The notes: generated by a model from the letters alone, not told the origin. A DNA stretch of 64,000 nt from Anaerolineae bacterium (GCA_003327455.1 QOQU01000002.1:231963-295962); one strand, 5' to 3'. Positions 1 through 10,271 are shown, numbered from the stretch's first letter. Made by a program: numbers and translations.

Positions 1-1
1 A

Positions 2-3000
2 GCCTTGACCATATTCACCCGTTTTTATCTGCTGGGTGTACGAGTGATGAGCCATGATGAAACCTCTCATGTATATTTTTCCTGGCTGCTATCGCAAGGG
101 AAAGGCTATCGTCATGATCCTATCACGCATGGACCGCTTCAGTTTCACTTAATCGCCTTGAGTTATTTCCTGTTTGGCGATAATGACTTCACCGCGCGGG
201 TACCGGCTGCAACCTTGAGCGTTTTAACAGTAGCCTTCCTCTGGTATTATCGCAAAATTCTGGGAAGGTTCGGATACCTTGTTGGCGCCTTTTTGTTGCT
301 GATCTCCCCCTATATCCTTTATTATGGGCGGTATGCTCGAAACGAAGCCCTGATCGGCTTATTTGCAGTTCTTCTATGGTGGGGAATGATAAATTATCTC
401 ACTACTCGACAACCGCGATATCTGCTCTGGGTAACGATAGCTTCGGTTTTACATTTCATCTCCAAAGAGACCGCTTTTATCTATACCGCCCAGGCATTGA
501 TATTTCTAGCTATTTATATCTTATCTGCTTTATCAAAGAAGCCCTGGCGCATCGAGTCCTACCGTCCGCTTTTCTTGAGCATCCTGATTGCGTCATTAAT
601 ACTTCTTGCCCTGGCAATAGGGATAACCCTGATTGAGAGAAATCCTCAGCCTACCTCCCAACAGCTCAATCTTCCATCCGAGCAGGAAACATCGCTTCCC
701 ACCTTTTCAACAGCCTCTATCGCCATGATAGCGGTTGCCATCCTGGGCATCCTGGCGTGTATTTATATCGTCATCCGAGGATATTCCTGGTCCGCACTTC
801 TCAATGAACCCTCATTTGATCTGGCAATTCTTATAGGTACCCAGGTTTTGCCGATGCTTGCCCCATTCCCGGTAAAGTTTCTGGGGCGCGATCCAATTGA
901 CTACTCTTCAACTCAAAACATTTTGTTCGTAGCTAGTTTTGTAGTTCTTTTGAGCCTATTCGCCATTGGCATAGGACTGGCCTGGCGTCCGAAAATCTGG
1001 TTGATTAACACGACTGTTTTTTATTCTATCTTCGTCCTTTTTTATTCTACGGTTTTCACGAATGGTTTTGGAATCTTTACTGGGTTGGTTGGTTCGCTGG
1101 GATACTGGCTAGATCAACATGGTGTCAACCGTGGAAGCCAACCCTGGTATTATTACGGCCTGATCCAAATTCCCATTTACGAATATCTCCCCCTGTTGGG
1201 AGTATTTTTTGCCATCCTCTATGTGCTCTGGAAAAACCACCGCCAGTCAACAATTGTTAACAAAGCGACTCATGAATCAGAACAACCAGAGCGTTCCATC
1301 CAGACCCTAAGGCAAGGATTTGCCCCTCACGATCGACTTACTTTTATTTTCTTTCTATATTGGTCAATCACCAGTCTGATTGCTTTCTCAATAGCAGGCG
1401 AAAAAATGCCCTGGCTCACCTTTCACATCACTTTACCTATGATTCTGCTATCTGCTTGGGCAATCGGTAAAGTGCTGGAAGCCATTCGATGGAAATCTTT
1501 CATCCGCCGTAAAGGGTGGCTGCTTGCTCTGGTCTTTGGTGTGTTTTTGATTTCGATCTCCATGACCTTTATCCTGGCACTTGGGGCTACCCCTCCATTT
1601 CAGGGAAAGGAACTCAACCAACTCCAGGCAACCACATCTTTTTTAAGCGCCCTGTTATTCACCCTTCTCTCCGGAGGCTATCTATACCATGCCTTCCGCA
1701 CCTGGCAACCGCTTGAAGCCCTGAAGGTTTGCATTGTCACCGTTTTCATCATCCTGGCTATCCTCACCGTGCATACAAGTGTTTTAGCCTCTTTTGTCAA
1801 TTATGACAACGCTACCGAATATCTGGTCTATGCTCATTCTGCCCGAGGACCGAAGGATATACTCGAACAAATTGAAGAAATCTCTCGGCGCACAACGGGC
1901 GGGCTTGCCATTCAGGTCGCCTATGATGACGAAACCACTTATCCTTACTGGTGGTATCTTCGCAACTATCCTAACCAGCAATATTATGGAGATACGCCAA
2001 CGCGCGAGCTACGTAACGTGCCTATTATTCTGGTTGGTGAAAAGAACTACGGAAAGATCGAAGCGGTTGTAGGACAGGCATATTATCGTTTTGACTATAT
2101 CCGTTTATGGTGGCCCAATCAGGATTATTTTGATCTCAACTGGCAAAGGATTCGCGAAGCTATCAGCAGTCCAGAGATGCGCCAGGCACTCTTTGAAATC
2201 TGGTTAAACAGAGATTACACCCGCTATGGCCAACTGACCGGCAAAGACATGAGCCTGACAAACTGGTATCCTTCCAGTCGGATGAGACTCTACATTCGCA
2301 AAGACATCGTCGCTTCTCTGTGGAATTACGGGAGTATGCCAGCGGAAGTGAACATACCGGCTGACCCATATGAAGGCAAACAGGCTAAAGTGCAGCCCGA
2401 TAAAATTATCGGAGGCAGCGGTACCGAACCGGGCCGCTTCCAACGCCCGCGTGATCTTGCCGTCGCTCCTGATGGAACTCTCTACATTGTCGACTCGGAA
2501 AATCAACGCATTCAACATCTGGATGCAAATGGTAATGTTCTCCATATCTGGGGGTCTTTTGGCGATGCAACAACCGGAGAAGCTCCTGGCGGTACCTTCA
2601 ATCAACCCTGGGGCATTGCAGTCGATCAGGATGGTTTCGTGTATGTGGCTGACACATGGAATCACCGCATACAAAAATTTACTGCAGATGGACAATTTAT
2701 CACCCAATGGGGATATTTCGGACAGGCCGAATCCCCAACTGCTTTCTGGGGTCCACGAGATATTGCCATCGATTCTCAAAACCGACTCTTCATCACCGAC
2801 ACTGGCAATAAACGAATAGTTGTTTTCGACAATGAAGGCAACTATCTCGCCTCATTCGGTCACGCGGGTCTTCTACCAGGCGAGTTTGACGAGCCGGTTG
2901 GTCTGGCTTTCGGTCCGGATGGTCGGCTCTATGTCGCCGATACCTGGAATCAACGCATCCAGGTATTCTCAATTGACGCACAATTAAATTTCATCTACCA

Positions 3001-3274
3001 AAACAGTTGGGAAATCTTTGGCTGGTATGGTCAATCCCTGGACAACAAGCCTTATCTGGCTGTTGATGCTCAAAATTATGTCTATTGCACCGATCCAGAG
3101 GGATTTCGTATCCTCCAATTCAACGCGAATGGAGATTTTGTGCAGTACTGGGGAGAGGCTGGACAGGGGCCTGGTAGTTTTTCACTACCTGCATCCCTCG
3201 CAATCGATCCCAGTGGTGGAATCTGGGTAACCGATGCTGGTAGTGGTCAAATTCTACATTTTTCAATCCCATAA
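2..3274 (+). CDS. Polytopic GT-C-type (TIGR03663 / ArnT-PMT-like) putative glycosyltransferase fused to a C-terminal NHL-repeat beta-propeller; 5' end probably cut by window edge
   Basis: The ORF is open to the window edge: codon 2-4 precedes the TTG that the ORF track uses as M. The first ~780 aa contain many hydrophobic helices. The motif MSHDETSH...HGPLQFH is typical of this GT-C family. Residues ~795-1089 carry repeated NHL units (RPRDLAVAPDGTLYIVDSENQRIQHL, QPWGIAVDQDGFVYVADTWNHRIQKF, EPVGLAFGPDGRLYVADTWNQRIQVF). Confidence 0.75.
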   Translation, partial: ALTIFTRFYLLGVRVMSHDETSHVYFSWLLSQGKGYRHDPITHGPLQFHLIALSYFLFGDNDFTARVPAATLSVLTVAFLWYYRKILGRFGYLVGAFLLLISPYILYYGRYARNEALIGLFAVLLWWGMINYLTTRQPRYLLWVTIASVLHFISKETAFIYTAQALIFLAIYILSALSKKPWRIESYRPLFLSILIASLILLALAIGITLIERNPQPTSQQLNLPSEQETSLPTFSTASIAMIAVAILGILACIYIVIRGYSWSALLNEPSFDLAILIGTQVLPMLAPFPVKFLGRDPIDYSSTQNILFVASFVVLLSLFAIGIGLAWRPKIWLINTTVFYSIFVLFYSTVFTNGFGIFTGLVGSLGYWLDQHGVNRGSQPWYYYGLIQIPIYEYLPLLGVFFAILYVLWKNHRQSTIVNKATHESEQPERSIQTLRQGFAPHDRLTFIFFLYWSITSLIAFSIAGEKMPWLTFHITLPMILLSAWAIGKVLEAIRWKSFIRRKGWLLALVFGVFLISISMTFILALGATPPFQGKELNQLQATTSFLSALLFTLLSGGYLYHAFRTWQPLEALKVCIVTVFIILAILTVHTSVLASFVNYDNATEYLVYAHSARGPKDILEQIEEISRRTTGGLAIQVAYDDETTYPYWWYLRNYPNQQYYGDTPTRELRNVPIILVGEKNYGKIEAVVGQAYYRFDYIRLWWPNQDYFDLNWQRIREAISSPEMRQALFEIWLNRDYTRYGQLTGKDMSLTNWYPSSRMRLYIRKDIVASLWNYGSMPAEVNIPADPYEGKQAKVQPDKIIGGSGTEPGRFQRPRDLAVAPDGTLYIVDSENQRIQHLDANGNVLHIWGSFGDATTGEAPGGTFNQPWGIAVDQDGFVYVADTWNHRIQKFTADGQFITQWGYFGQAESPTAFWGPRDIAIDSQNRLFITDTGNKRIVVFDNEGNYLASFGHAGLLPGEFDEPVGLAFGPDGRLYVADTWNQRIQVFSIDAQLNFIYQNSWEIFGWYGQSLDNKPYLAVDAQNYVYCTDPEGFRILQFNANGDFVQYWGEAGQGPGSFSLPASLAIDPSGGIWVTDAGSGQILHFSIP

Positions 3275-3336
3275 AGCTATAATATAACTACAAGGGAGTT
3301 CATCGGAAATATTATGACCCAAACGGAGAAATCTTG

Positions 3337-4479
3337 ATGAAACTACATGAATACCAATCTAAACAAATCTTTTCACGTTACGGGATACCCATCCCTAAAG
3401 GCCGTGTCGCATCAACAGCAAACGAAGTAAAACAAATCGCTGAGGAGCTTGGCGGCAAGGTGGTGGTAAAGTCCCAGGTTCTCGTCGGTGGGCGCGGGAA
3501 AGCTGGCGGTATTCGCCTGGCAAAGAATCCAACTGAAGCAGAAGAAGTTGCCACACAAATCCTTTCAATGGAGATCAAAGGATTACCTGTCCGCAAAGTT
3601 TTAGTTGATGAAGCAGCCAATATCAGCAGTGAAATTTATTTGGGAATCACCAATGATCGCGCTGCCCGGAAACCAGTTATCATGGCTTCCTCAGCAGGGG
3701 GAGTAGATATCGAAGAGGTAGCTCAAGTCTCCCCCGAGAAAATCATTAAAGTTCACATCGACCCTTTGCTGGGTTTGCGGGATTATCAAGCCCGTGATGT
3801 TGCAGCCGGCATTGATCTTGCCCGCGAACACTGGAAAGCTTTTATCTCAATCACTCATGGGCTCTGGAAGGTTTATACAGAATGCGATGCAACGCTCGCC
3901 GAAATCAACCCCTTAGTGATTACTGCTGAGGGTCAGCTTCTTGCGCTGGATGGCAAAATGATCATTGACGATAACGCCCTCTTCCGTCACCCAGAGTTTT
4001 CAGAGATGCGTGACCTGGATGCTGAAGCTCCATCAGAAATCGAAGCCAGAAAATATGGATTGTCTTACATAAAGCTGGATGGTGATATTGGGTGTATGGT
4101 TAATGGCGCCGGTTTAGCGATGACCACCATGGACATCATCAAATTGTTTGGCGGCAATCCGGCAAATTTTCTAGATATCGGCGGCGGTGCAAACGCAGAC
4201 AAAGTAGCTGCTGCCTTTCGGATTATTCTTAGCGATCCTAACGTAAAAGCAGTTCTTTTAAATGTATTTGGCGGCATCACCCGCTGCGATGAAGTAGCCC
4301 ATGGCATTGTCGCAGCCATGCAGGAAGTCAAACCCAAAGTCCCAATGGTGGTTCGCTTGGTGGGAACAAACGCAGAAGAAGGACGTGAAATCCTGGCAAA
4401 TGCCCAAATGATCACGGCCGAAACCCTCGTTGACGCTGCACAAAAAGCTGTTGCCGCATCGAAAGGAGAACTTAAATGA
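3337..4479 (+). CDS. sucC: Succinate--CoA ligase (ADP-forming) beta subunit
   Basis: The N-terminus [18 protein letters not shown] and the ATP-grasp layout match SucC. A GGAGA Shine-Dalgarno lies 7 nt before ATG 3337; the track's TTG at 3334 is less likely. The stop overlaps the sucD start (ATGA). Confidence 0.95.
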   Translation: MKLHEYQSKQIFSRYGIPIPKGRVASTANEVKQIAEELGGKVVVKSQVLVGGRGKAGGIRLAKNPTEAEEVATQILSMEIKGLPVRKVLVDEAANISSEIYLGITNDRAARKPVIMASSAGGVDIEEVAQVSPEKIIKVHIDPLLGLRDYQARDVAAGIDLAREHWKAFISITHGLWKVYTECDATLAEINPLVITAEGQLLALDGKMIIDDNALFRHPEFSEMRDLDAEAPSEIEARKYGLSYIKLDGDIGCMVNGAGLAMTTMDIIKLFGGNPANFLDIGGGANADKVAAAFRIILSDPNVKAVLLNVFGGITRCDEVAHGIVAAMQEVKPKVPMVVRLVGTNAEEGREILANAQMITAETLVDAAQKAVAASKGELK

Positions 4480-5354
4480 GCATATTGATTGACAAAAACA
4501 CCCGTCTGCTTGTTCAAGGAATCACGGGAAATGAAGGTATGTTTCACACCCGTCAGATGGTCACCTACGGCACGAATGTCGTCGCTGGCGTCACCCCAGG
4601 CAAAGGCGGCGAGTGGGTGTTAGATGGCAAAATCCCTGTATTTGACTCTGTACGAATAGCTGTAGAAGCTACTGGCGCCAATACCAGTGTCATATTTGTC
4701 CCAGCTAGGTTTGCCTCAGATGCAATTTTCGAAGCAGCAGATGCGGGAATCCCATTAATTGTGTGTATCACTGAAGGTATCCCCGTCCAAGACATGATGT
4801 GCGTACGCAACTACCTCGATCAGAAAAAATGTCGCCTTATCGGCCCAAACTGCCCTGGCTTGCTCTCCCCCGGTCAATCAAAAGTCGGTATCATCCCCGG
4901 CGATATCTCCATACCAGGAAATGTAGGTATTGTTTCCCGTTCGGGGACACTCACCTATGAGGTACTCTATGCACTCAAGCTACGCCGTATTGGCGTGAGT
5001 ACTTGCGTTGGCATTGGTGGCGATCCCATTAATGGCACAAATTTCATTGATGTCTTGACGATGTTTGAGGACGATCCTCATACGGATCAGGTCGTACTGA
5101 TTGGCGAAATTGGAGGGAGCGATGAAGAAAAAGCGGCCGAATTTATCGCCAGCCGCATGACCAAACCGGTTGTAGGATTCATTGCGGGTCAAACCGCCCC
5201 ACCGGGAAAAAGAATGGGACACGCTGGAGCCATTATCGAAGGTGGGTCAGGCTTAGCCAGGGACAAAATCCGCGCCCTACAGGATGCTGGGGTGAAAGTC
5301 GCCCGCCATCCTGAAGAAATTCCTGACTTACTGAGTAAAATTTCGATGGATTGA
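4476..5354 (+). CDS. sucD: Succinate--CoA ligase alpha subunit
   Basis: Contains the motifs [19 protein letters not shown] and the phosphohistidine loop GHAGAII. It is translationally coupled to sucC. Confidence 0.95.
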   Translation: MSILIDKNTRLLVQGITGNEGMFHTRQMVTYGTNVVAGVTPGKGGEWVLDGKIPVFDSVRIAVEATGANTSVIFVPARFASDAIFEAADAGIPLIVCITEGIPVQDMMCVRNYLDQKKCRLIGPNCPGLLSPGQSKVGIIPGDISIPGNVGIVSRSGTLTYEVLYALKLRRIGVSTCVGIGGDPINGTNFIDVLTMFEDDPHTDQVVLIGEIGGSDEEKAAEFIASRMTKPVVGFIAGQTAPPGKRMGHAGAIIEGGSGLARDKIRALQDAGVKVARHPEEIPDLLSKISMD

Positions 5355-5362
5355 TAAAAAAA

Positions 5363-5397
5363 GGGCTGTCCAATGTTCAATTCAAAAAGGACAGCCC
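5363..5397. terminator. Bidirectional hairpin terminator between convergent sucD and acpP
   Basis: A 9-bp stem pairs GGGCTGTCC (5363-5371) with GGACAGCCC (5389-5397). An A-run lies upstream and GCGTTTTTT lies downstream. Confidence 0.6.
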
Positions 5398-5420
5398 AGA
5401 GCGTTTTTTGTTGACCGTGC

Positions 5421-5663
5421 TTACTGATTTCCCATGTGCTCTTCGATGTACTTGACCGCTTCCCCCACCGTAGTGATCTTTTGGGCATCTTCATCAGAAA
5501 TCTGCCCCCCAAACTTATCTTCGAACTCCATAATGAGTTCAACCAGGTCGAGAGAATCGGCTTCTAAGTCCTCGCGGAATCGAGCTTCAGGAGTCACTTT
5601 TGCCTCATCAACCCCAAGCAACTCCACAATGATGGCTTTGACCTTTTCGTATGTATCGGACAT
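5421..5663 (-). CDS. acpP: Acyl carrier protein
   Basis: The sequence [23 protein letters not shown]...[17 protein letters not shown] carries the DSLD phosphopantetheine-attachment motif. A GGAGGAA Shine-Dalgarno precedes ATG 5663, so the 27-aa N-terminal extension in the ORF track is unlikely. Confidence 0.93.
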   Translation of the reverse strand: MSDTYEKVKAIIVELLGVDEAKVTPEARFREDLEADSLDLVELIMEFEDKFGGQISDEDAQKITTVGEAVKYIEEHMGNQ

Positions 5664-5692
5664 GGATACTTCCTCCAAAAAGAATTTTGGGT

Positions 5693-5720
5693 ATTGTATA
5701 CCCAGGTGTAAATCTGTCAA
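5693..5720 (-). promoter_or_regulatory. Sigma-70-type promoter for acpP (TTGACA-16-TACAAT)
   Basis: On the minus strand, the -35 TTGACA is at 5715-5720 and the -10 TACAAT is at 5693-5698, with a 16-nt spacer. This sits about 30 nt upstream of the acpP Shine-Dalgarno. Confidence 0.5.
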
Positions 5721-5779
5721 GTTTTCAAAAAAGAATCTTAACAAATGGCTGTCATCTTCTCTAACAGGAACACCGCCCT

Positions 5780-6808
5780 ATGAAGAAAGTTACGCATATT
5801 AGCCAACGGAAATCCGATCACATCCGCATCAATCTGCGAGAAGATGTTCAATCAGCTCTTACAACCGGCTTGGAAAACTACCGCTTTGATCATCAAGCCC
5901 TGCCGGAATGTAATCTTGAAGACGTGGATACGCGCACAGTTTTTCTCAATAAACAACTTGCAGCCCCTATCTTAATCTCCTCCATGACGGGTGGCAGCGT
6001 CGAAGCGGCTCAAATTAATCTTACCCTGGCTGAAGCAGCAGAACAGACCCAGATTGCAATGGGGCTTGGTTCGCAACGCGCTGCCATTGAACATCCAGAA
6101 TTTGTTTATACCTTCCAGGTGCGTCAGGTAGCCCCTTCTATTCTGTTATTCGCCAATCTCGGAGCAATCCAGTTAAATTATCGCTATGGGGTTGATGAAT
6201 GCAAAAAAGCAGTGGATATGATTGAAGCAGATGCGCTTATTCTCCACCTGAATCCCCTGCAAGAAGCCCTCCAGCCAGAAGGAGATACCCGTTTTGAAAA
6301 TTTAATCGATAAAATTGCTTTGGTCTGTCAATCCCTGCCCGTACCGGTAATTGTCAAAGAGGTTGGCTGGGGTATCTCGCAGCGTGTCGCCAAACTCCTC
6401 ATCGAAGCTGGAGTTTCTGTGATTGATGTTGCTGGAGCAGGAGGCACATCCTGGTCGCAAGTCGAGATGTATCGCGCCCAATCCGAAAGCGCTGCGCGCA
6501 TAGCTGCGAACTTTATCGATTGGGGCATCCCAACGGCTGAATGCATCAAGAACGTGCGGGCGATCCATCCCACCATCCCAATCATTGCCTCGGGTGGGCT
6601 GCGGAACGGTATTGATATTGCCAAATGCCTGGCTTTAGGTGCCAACCTGGGCGGTATGGCTTCTCCCTTTCTTAAGGCGGCTGCTCGTTCCGTCAACGAA
6701 ACCATTGAAACCATTCATGAAATTCAACGCGAAATTCAAATCACCATGTTCGCCGCAGGTGCAAAAACAATCGCTGAACTGCAGAATACCCCTCTCAAGG
6801 AAATCTAA
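5780..6808 (+). CDS. fni: Isopentenyl-diphosphate delta-isomerase, type 2 (FMN-dependent)
   Basis: The N-terminus [11 protein letters not shown], the SSMTGG motif and the TIM-barrel FMN motifs ([15 protein letters not shown]) are characteristic of IDI-2. Confidence 0.9.
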   Translation: MKKVTHISQRKSDHIRINLREDVQSALTTGLENYRFDHQALPECNLEDVDTRTVFLNKQLAAPILISSMTGGSVEAAQINLTLAEAAEQTQIAMGLGSQRAAIEHPEFVYTFQVRQVAPSILLFANLGAIQLNYRYGVDECKKAVDMIEADALILHLNPLQEALQPEGDTRFENLIDKIALVCQSLPVPVIVKEVGWGISQRVAKLLIEAGVSVIDVAGAGGTSWSQVEMYRAQSESAARIAANFIDWGIPTAECIKNVRAIHPTIPIIASGGLRNGIDIAKCLALGANLGGMASPFLKAAARSVNETIETIHEIQREIQITMFAAGAKTIAELQNTPLKEI

Positions 6809-6810
6809 TC

Positions 6811-7827
6811 ATGGACTCTCCCGATGCGCTTCTCCAAACCTTTAAAACAGCTCTAGAAAAAGAACTTCAATCCCAACTCAACGGTCTAGCTATCCCCCCC
6901 TACCAGCTTTATCATGAGATGCTCGCATATCACATGGGTTGGATCGGTGAAGGAGCAGGTCCACAAGCCACAGGCAAGCGTATCCGACCACTGCTTTTAC
7001 TCCTCTGCACGGAAGCAAGTGGAGGAGATTGGCAAAAAGCACTCCCCGCCGCCGCTGCTGTGGAATTCGTTCATAACTTTTCGCTTATCCATGACGACAT
7101 TGAGGATGATAGCCAGTATCGGCGCGGAAGGTTAACCGTTTGGGCAAAATGGGGTTTATCTCAGGGTGTCAATGCTGGGGATGCTTTATTCACATTGAGT
7201 CACCTTGCCATTCATCGCTTATCAGTCTTCTTTTCTCCAGAGACAGTTCTGCACGCTTGCAGACTCCTCTTAGAAACCTGCCTTCAATTGACCCAGGGTC
7301 AATTCCTGGATATATCCTTTGAAGACAAAACAGACGTCTCTTTAGACGATTATCTTACAATGATTGAAGGAAAAACTGCCGCTCTCTTCGCAACCTGCAC
7401 TGAATTAGGTTCACTTTTAGGACAATGCGATCCTATTCGCCAAAACCATTACCGCCAGTTTGGCAGGTATCTCGGATTAGCTTTTCAGGTTATTGATGAT
7501 CTATTGGGTATTTGGGGAGATGAGTCGCTGATTGGAAAATCCACGGCGTCTGATTTAGTCAGCGGCAAAAAAACCTATCCTGTTATCCTCGGGCTTCAAT
7601 TAAACGGCTCTTTCGCCAGGCGTTGGCGTCAAGGCAATATAAAACCCGAAGAAGTCTATGGACTGGCAAAACAATTGGAAGATGAAGGTGTCAGAACTAC
7701 AACCCAAGCCGAAGCATACCGTCTTACGCAACAAGCGCTTGCAGAACTCAACGCTGCCCAGGCTGATGGGGTGGCTTTCCAGGCTCTCTATCAGATGACT
7801 CATCAAATGAGCCAACGCATCCAGTAA
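6811..7827 (+). CDS. Polyprenyl (geranylgeranyl/farnesyl) diphosphate synthase
   Basis: Both aspartate-rich motifs are present (FSLIHDDIEDDSQYRRGR and FQVIDDLLGIWGD). The start lies 2 nt after the fni stop. Confidence 0.9.
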   Translation: MDSPDALLQTFKTALEKELQSQLNGLAIPPYQLYHEMLAYHMGWIGEGAGPQATGKRIRPLLLLLCTEASGGDWQKALPAAAAVEFVHNFSLIHDDIEDDSQYRRGRLTVWAKWGLSQGVNAGDALFTLSHLAIHRLSVFFSPETVLHACRLLLETCLQLTQGQFLDISFEDKTDVSLDDYLTMIEGKTAALFATCTELGSLLGQCDPIRQNHYRQFGRYLGLAFQVIDDLLGIWGDESLIGKSTASDLVSGKKTYPVILGLQLNGSFARRWRQGNIKPEEVYGLAKQLEDEGVRTTTQAEAYRLTQQALAELNAAQADGVAFQALYQMTHQMSQRIQ

Positions 7828-7833
7828 AGCAAT

Positions 7834-9018
7834 CTAGACAAACTCCAGAAAGGCTTGATTCGCCAACAACTGACCGAAACGGGTTAGCCTTAATCTGGGC
7901 TGATCGGTTGCGATCCATTCAACCAATCCTTTTCTAAGTAACTTCGTAATTTCTCGAGGAAAGACCTCCTTTAACCTTACGCCAAAGCGCTGGTAAAAAT
8001 CTTCATCGCCCACTCCATCCTGTACCAGGCGCAATCCCAACATAACAGTGTCTTTCATCTCTTCCTCGCGATCAACTCCACGAGAATTATCTGTTGCTGG
8101 GGTGAATGGAAAATCATTGTTTGACGGCGCGCTCAATTTCTGGATATATTGGATCGGGTGCAGAACATTTGCCAGGCGAAAACCACCTACAAAACCATGC
8201 GCTCCAGCCCCTAAGCCAACATATTCTCGATTTTTCCAGTATTGCAGATTATGACGGCAGAAGTTGAGTCCGTATTCGCCAGGCTTTGCCCAATTCGAAA
8301 TTTCATAGTGGATATAACCGTATTGGGCAAGCATTTCACGAGCTAACTCATAGCAATCGGCAGCAAAATCTCCGTCTGGATATGGCAATTTCCCTCCTCT
8401 AATCCATTCATCCATCAACGTTCCCTCTTCAATCGTCAGACTATATAATGAGAGATGTTCGACTTGTAGAGAAAGTGCAACCTGAAGAGTGTTTTTCCAA
8501 TCTGCCAGCTTTTGCCCGGGCAAACCGTAGATCAGGTCGAGGTTTAGATTCCGAACACCAGCCAGACGAGCGATCCTGACAGCTTCAACCACATCCTCTA
8601 GGGTGTGAAGACGACCTAGAAGTTGTAATTCACGCTCATTTGCCGCTTGAAAGCCAATACTGAGACGATTGACACCCACTTCACCATATCCCTCGACCTT
8701 TGCCAGATTTAATGTGCCTGGATTGGCTTCTAGAGTGATCTCCAGATCGGATGTAAATCCAAAATGCCATTTGAGGAAAGTCAAAATAGCCTTAATCTCC
8801 TCGGGACGAAGCAAGGAGGGTGTTCCACCGCCAAAATATATTGTATGTACTTTGTTCCGATAGGAATCGGGTAATTTCTTCCCTAAAATCTCAATTTCCC
8901 TGCAAAGCGCCTGAACATAAGTTGAGATAATATTTTCCAGGCCGGCGTAAGTATTGAAGTCACAATAACTACACCGCTTCGTACAAAAAGGAATATGAAG
9001 GTAAATACTGAGGTTCAT
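7834..9018 (-). CDS. hemW: Radical SAM heme chaperone HemW / oxygen-independent coproporphyrinogen-III oxidase-like protein
   Basis: MNLSIYLHIPFCTKRCSYCDFNTY contains the CxxxCxxC radical SAM motif, and the sequence is HemN-like throughout. The start could instead be 9045. Confidence 0.88.
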   Translation of the reverse strand: MNLSIYLHIPFCTKRCSYCDFNTYAGLENIISTYVQALCREIEILGKKLPDSYRNKVHTIYFGGGTPSLLRPEEIKAILTFLKWHFGFTSDLEITLEANPGTLNLAKVEGYGEVGVNRLSIGFQAANERELQLLGRLHTLEDVVEAVRIARLAGVRNLNLDLIYGLPGQKLADWKNTLQVALSLQVEHLSLYSLTIEEGTLMDEWIRGGKLPYPDGDFAADCYELAREMLAQYGYIHYEISNWAKPGEYGLNFCRHNLQYWKNREYVGLGAGAHGFVGGFRLANVLHPIQYIQKLSAPSNNDFPFTPATDNSRGVDREEEMKDTVMLGLRLVQDGVGDEDFYQRFGVRLKEVFPREITKLLRKGLVEWIATDQPRLRLTRFGQLLANQAFLEFV

Positions 9019-9092
9019 TTTCAATGAGTATATCATTAGCCTCAAAATGTTTGCCCTTTACGTCTTCCTGGACGCTGGTATAATCCCCCTGC

Positions 9093-10265
9093 GTGAATCA
9101 AATCGAACAAAATATGGCTATGACAAGCGATACACCCTCCAAACCAACTCGAATCTGTCCAACCTGCGGTAGCCGCATCTCTGAACAAGCTCAACGCTGC
9201 CTTGTCTGTGGTACAGTTTTAAAGCCTCAAGCACAATCTGCCCCATCTGAAAAACCCATTCAGGGCTCGCGTATGCCAGAAATTACCTTAACCTTGCCGG
9301 CGGCTATCGGTTTTCTGGCCTTATTTCTGGCAATTGGAGCAGGCTTGGTTTACTTCGCCCTACAACAAACCGGGCAGGTTGCCGAGCCAACGTTAACTCC
9401 AACCTTGACCACCACACCTACTGCCACCTTTACAGCCACCCCTCTCACACCGACACCAACCAACACCCCTGAGCCCAGTCCAACTCCCCTGAGTTATAGA
9501 GTAGCGGCGAATGACACCTGTTCATCCATTGCCTTTGCTTTTGGCGTCTCGATTCAAAGCATTGTGCTGTTGAATAACCTGCCAGCCACCTGTGACACGC
9601 TCTACATCGGTCAAACGCTTTTAATTCCCCATCCAACCCCCACACCAACCCCCTTCCCTACTGCAACCCTCAGCCCTGCCGAAGCAACCGAGGCAGCCTG
9701 TACAAAGATCGAATACATCGTCCAGGACAACGATACTCTCAGCACGATTTCTGCCAACTACAATGTCCCCATTGCGGTGTTGAAATCCTATAACGGATTG
9801 GTAAATGATATTGTTCGCTCAGGTCAACCCCTCATTATCCCCCTTTGTGAACGGCGTGGAACACCTGGACCAACACCGACCAATACCCCTCCACCCCCTT
9901 ATCCGCCACCAAGTCTGTTATTACCTCAAGATGGTGCCCCTTTCACTCTAGCCGATCAAACCATCACCCTACAATGGGCTTCAATTGGAGCTTTACGGGA
10001 AAATGAAGCCTATCAGGTAAATATCGTGGACATTACGGAGGGTGGTGAACGCAAAATTGTTGATTATGTCATCGACACCAAGTACATTATCCCAACCAGC
10101 TTCCGTCCCACCGACTCAAAGCCACATGTCATTCGCTGGTGGATAACAACCGTTCGTCAAGTCGGTACCGACGACAACGGCAATCCAATTTGGGAACCGG
10201 CTGGTGCTAACAGCGAACAGCGAGTGTTTACCTGGAGCGGCGTGATCGGAACGCCAGCTCCCTAA
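9093..10265 (+). CDS. Membrane-anchored protein: N-terminal zinc ribbon, one TM helix, Pro/Thr linkers, two LysM domains, C-terminal domain of unknown function
   Basis: The zinc ribbon is CPTCGSRISEQAQRCLVCG. It is followed by a hydrophobic helix (LPAAIGFLALFLAIGAGLVYFAL). The two LysM-like units are YRVAANDTCSSIAFAFGVSIQSIVLLNNL...GQTLLIP and YIVQDNDTLSTISANYNVPIAVLKSYNGL...GQPLIIP. The start may be ATG 9114. Confidence 0.75.
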   Translation: MNQIEQNMAMTSDTPSKPTRICPTCGSRISEQAQRCLVCGTVLKPQAQSAPSEKPIQGSRMPEITLTLPAAIGFLALFLAIGAGLVYFALQQTGQVAEPTLTPTLTTTPTATFTATPLTPTPTNTPEPSPTPLSYRVAANDTCSSIAFAFGVSIQSIVLLNNLPATCDTLYIGQTLLIPHPTPTPTPFPTATLSPAEATEAACTKIEYIVQDNDTLSTISANYNVPIAVLKSYNGLVNDIVRSGQPLIIPLCERRGTPGPTPTNTPPPPYPPPSLLLPQDGAPFTLADQTITLQWASIGALRENEAYQVNIVDITEGGERKIVDYVIDTKYIIPTSFRPTDSKPHVIRWWITTVRQVGTDDNGNPIWEPAGANSEQRVFTWSGVIGTPAP

Positions 10266-10271
10266 TCAATT

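Noticed and set aside
2204-2779. Long antisense ORFs inside confirmed genes: 2204-2779 (-), 4065-4547 (-), 20458-21009 (+), 25983-26417 (+) and 58914-59354 (+)
   Set aside because: Each is fully nested opposite a strongly supported conserved gene. None has a recognisable motif or ribosome-binding site, so they are treated as shadow ORFs.
5434-5802. 122-aa plus-strand ORF, and the 27-aa N-terminal extension of acpP in the ORF track
   Set aside because: The plus-strand ORF is the antisense shadow of acpP. For acpP itself, the internal ATG 5663 has a GGAGGAA Shine-Dalgarno and gives a canonical 80-aa ACP.
9390-9910. Repetitive ACC/CCA/CCT-rich DNA that could have been a tandem repeat or CRISPR-like array
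   Set aside because: It is in frame within the LysM protein and encodes irregular Pro/Thr linkers (TPTLTTTPTATFTATPLTPTPTNTPEPSPTP, HPTPTPTPFPT, TPGPTPTNTPPPPYPPP). There are no unit repeats with spacers.
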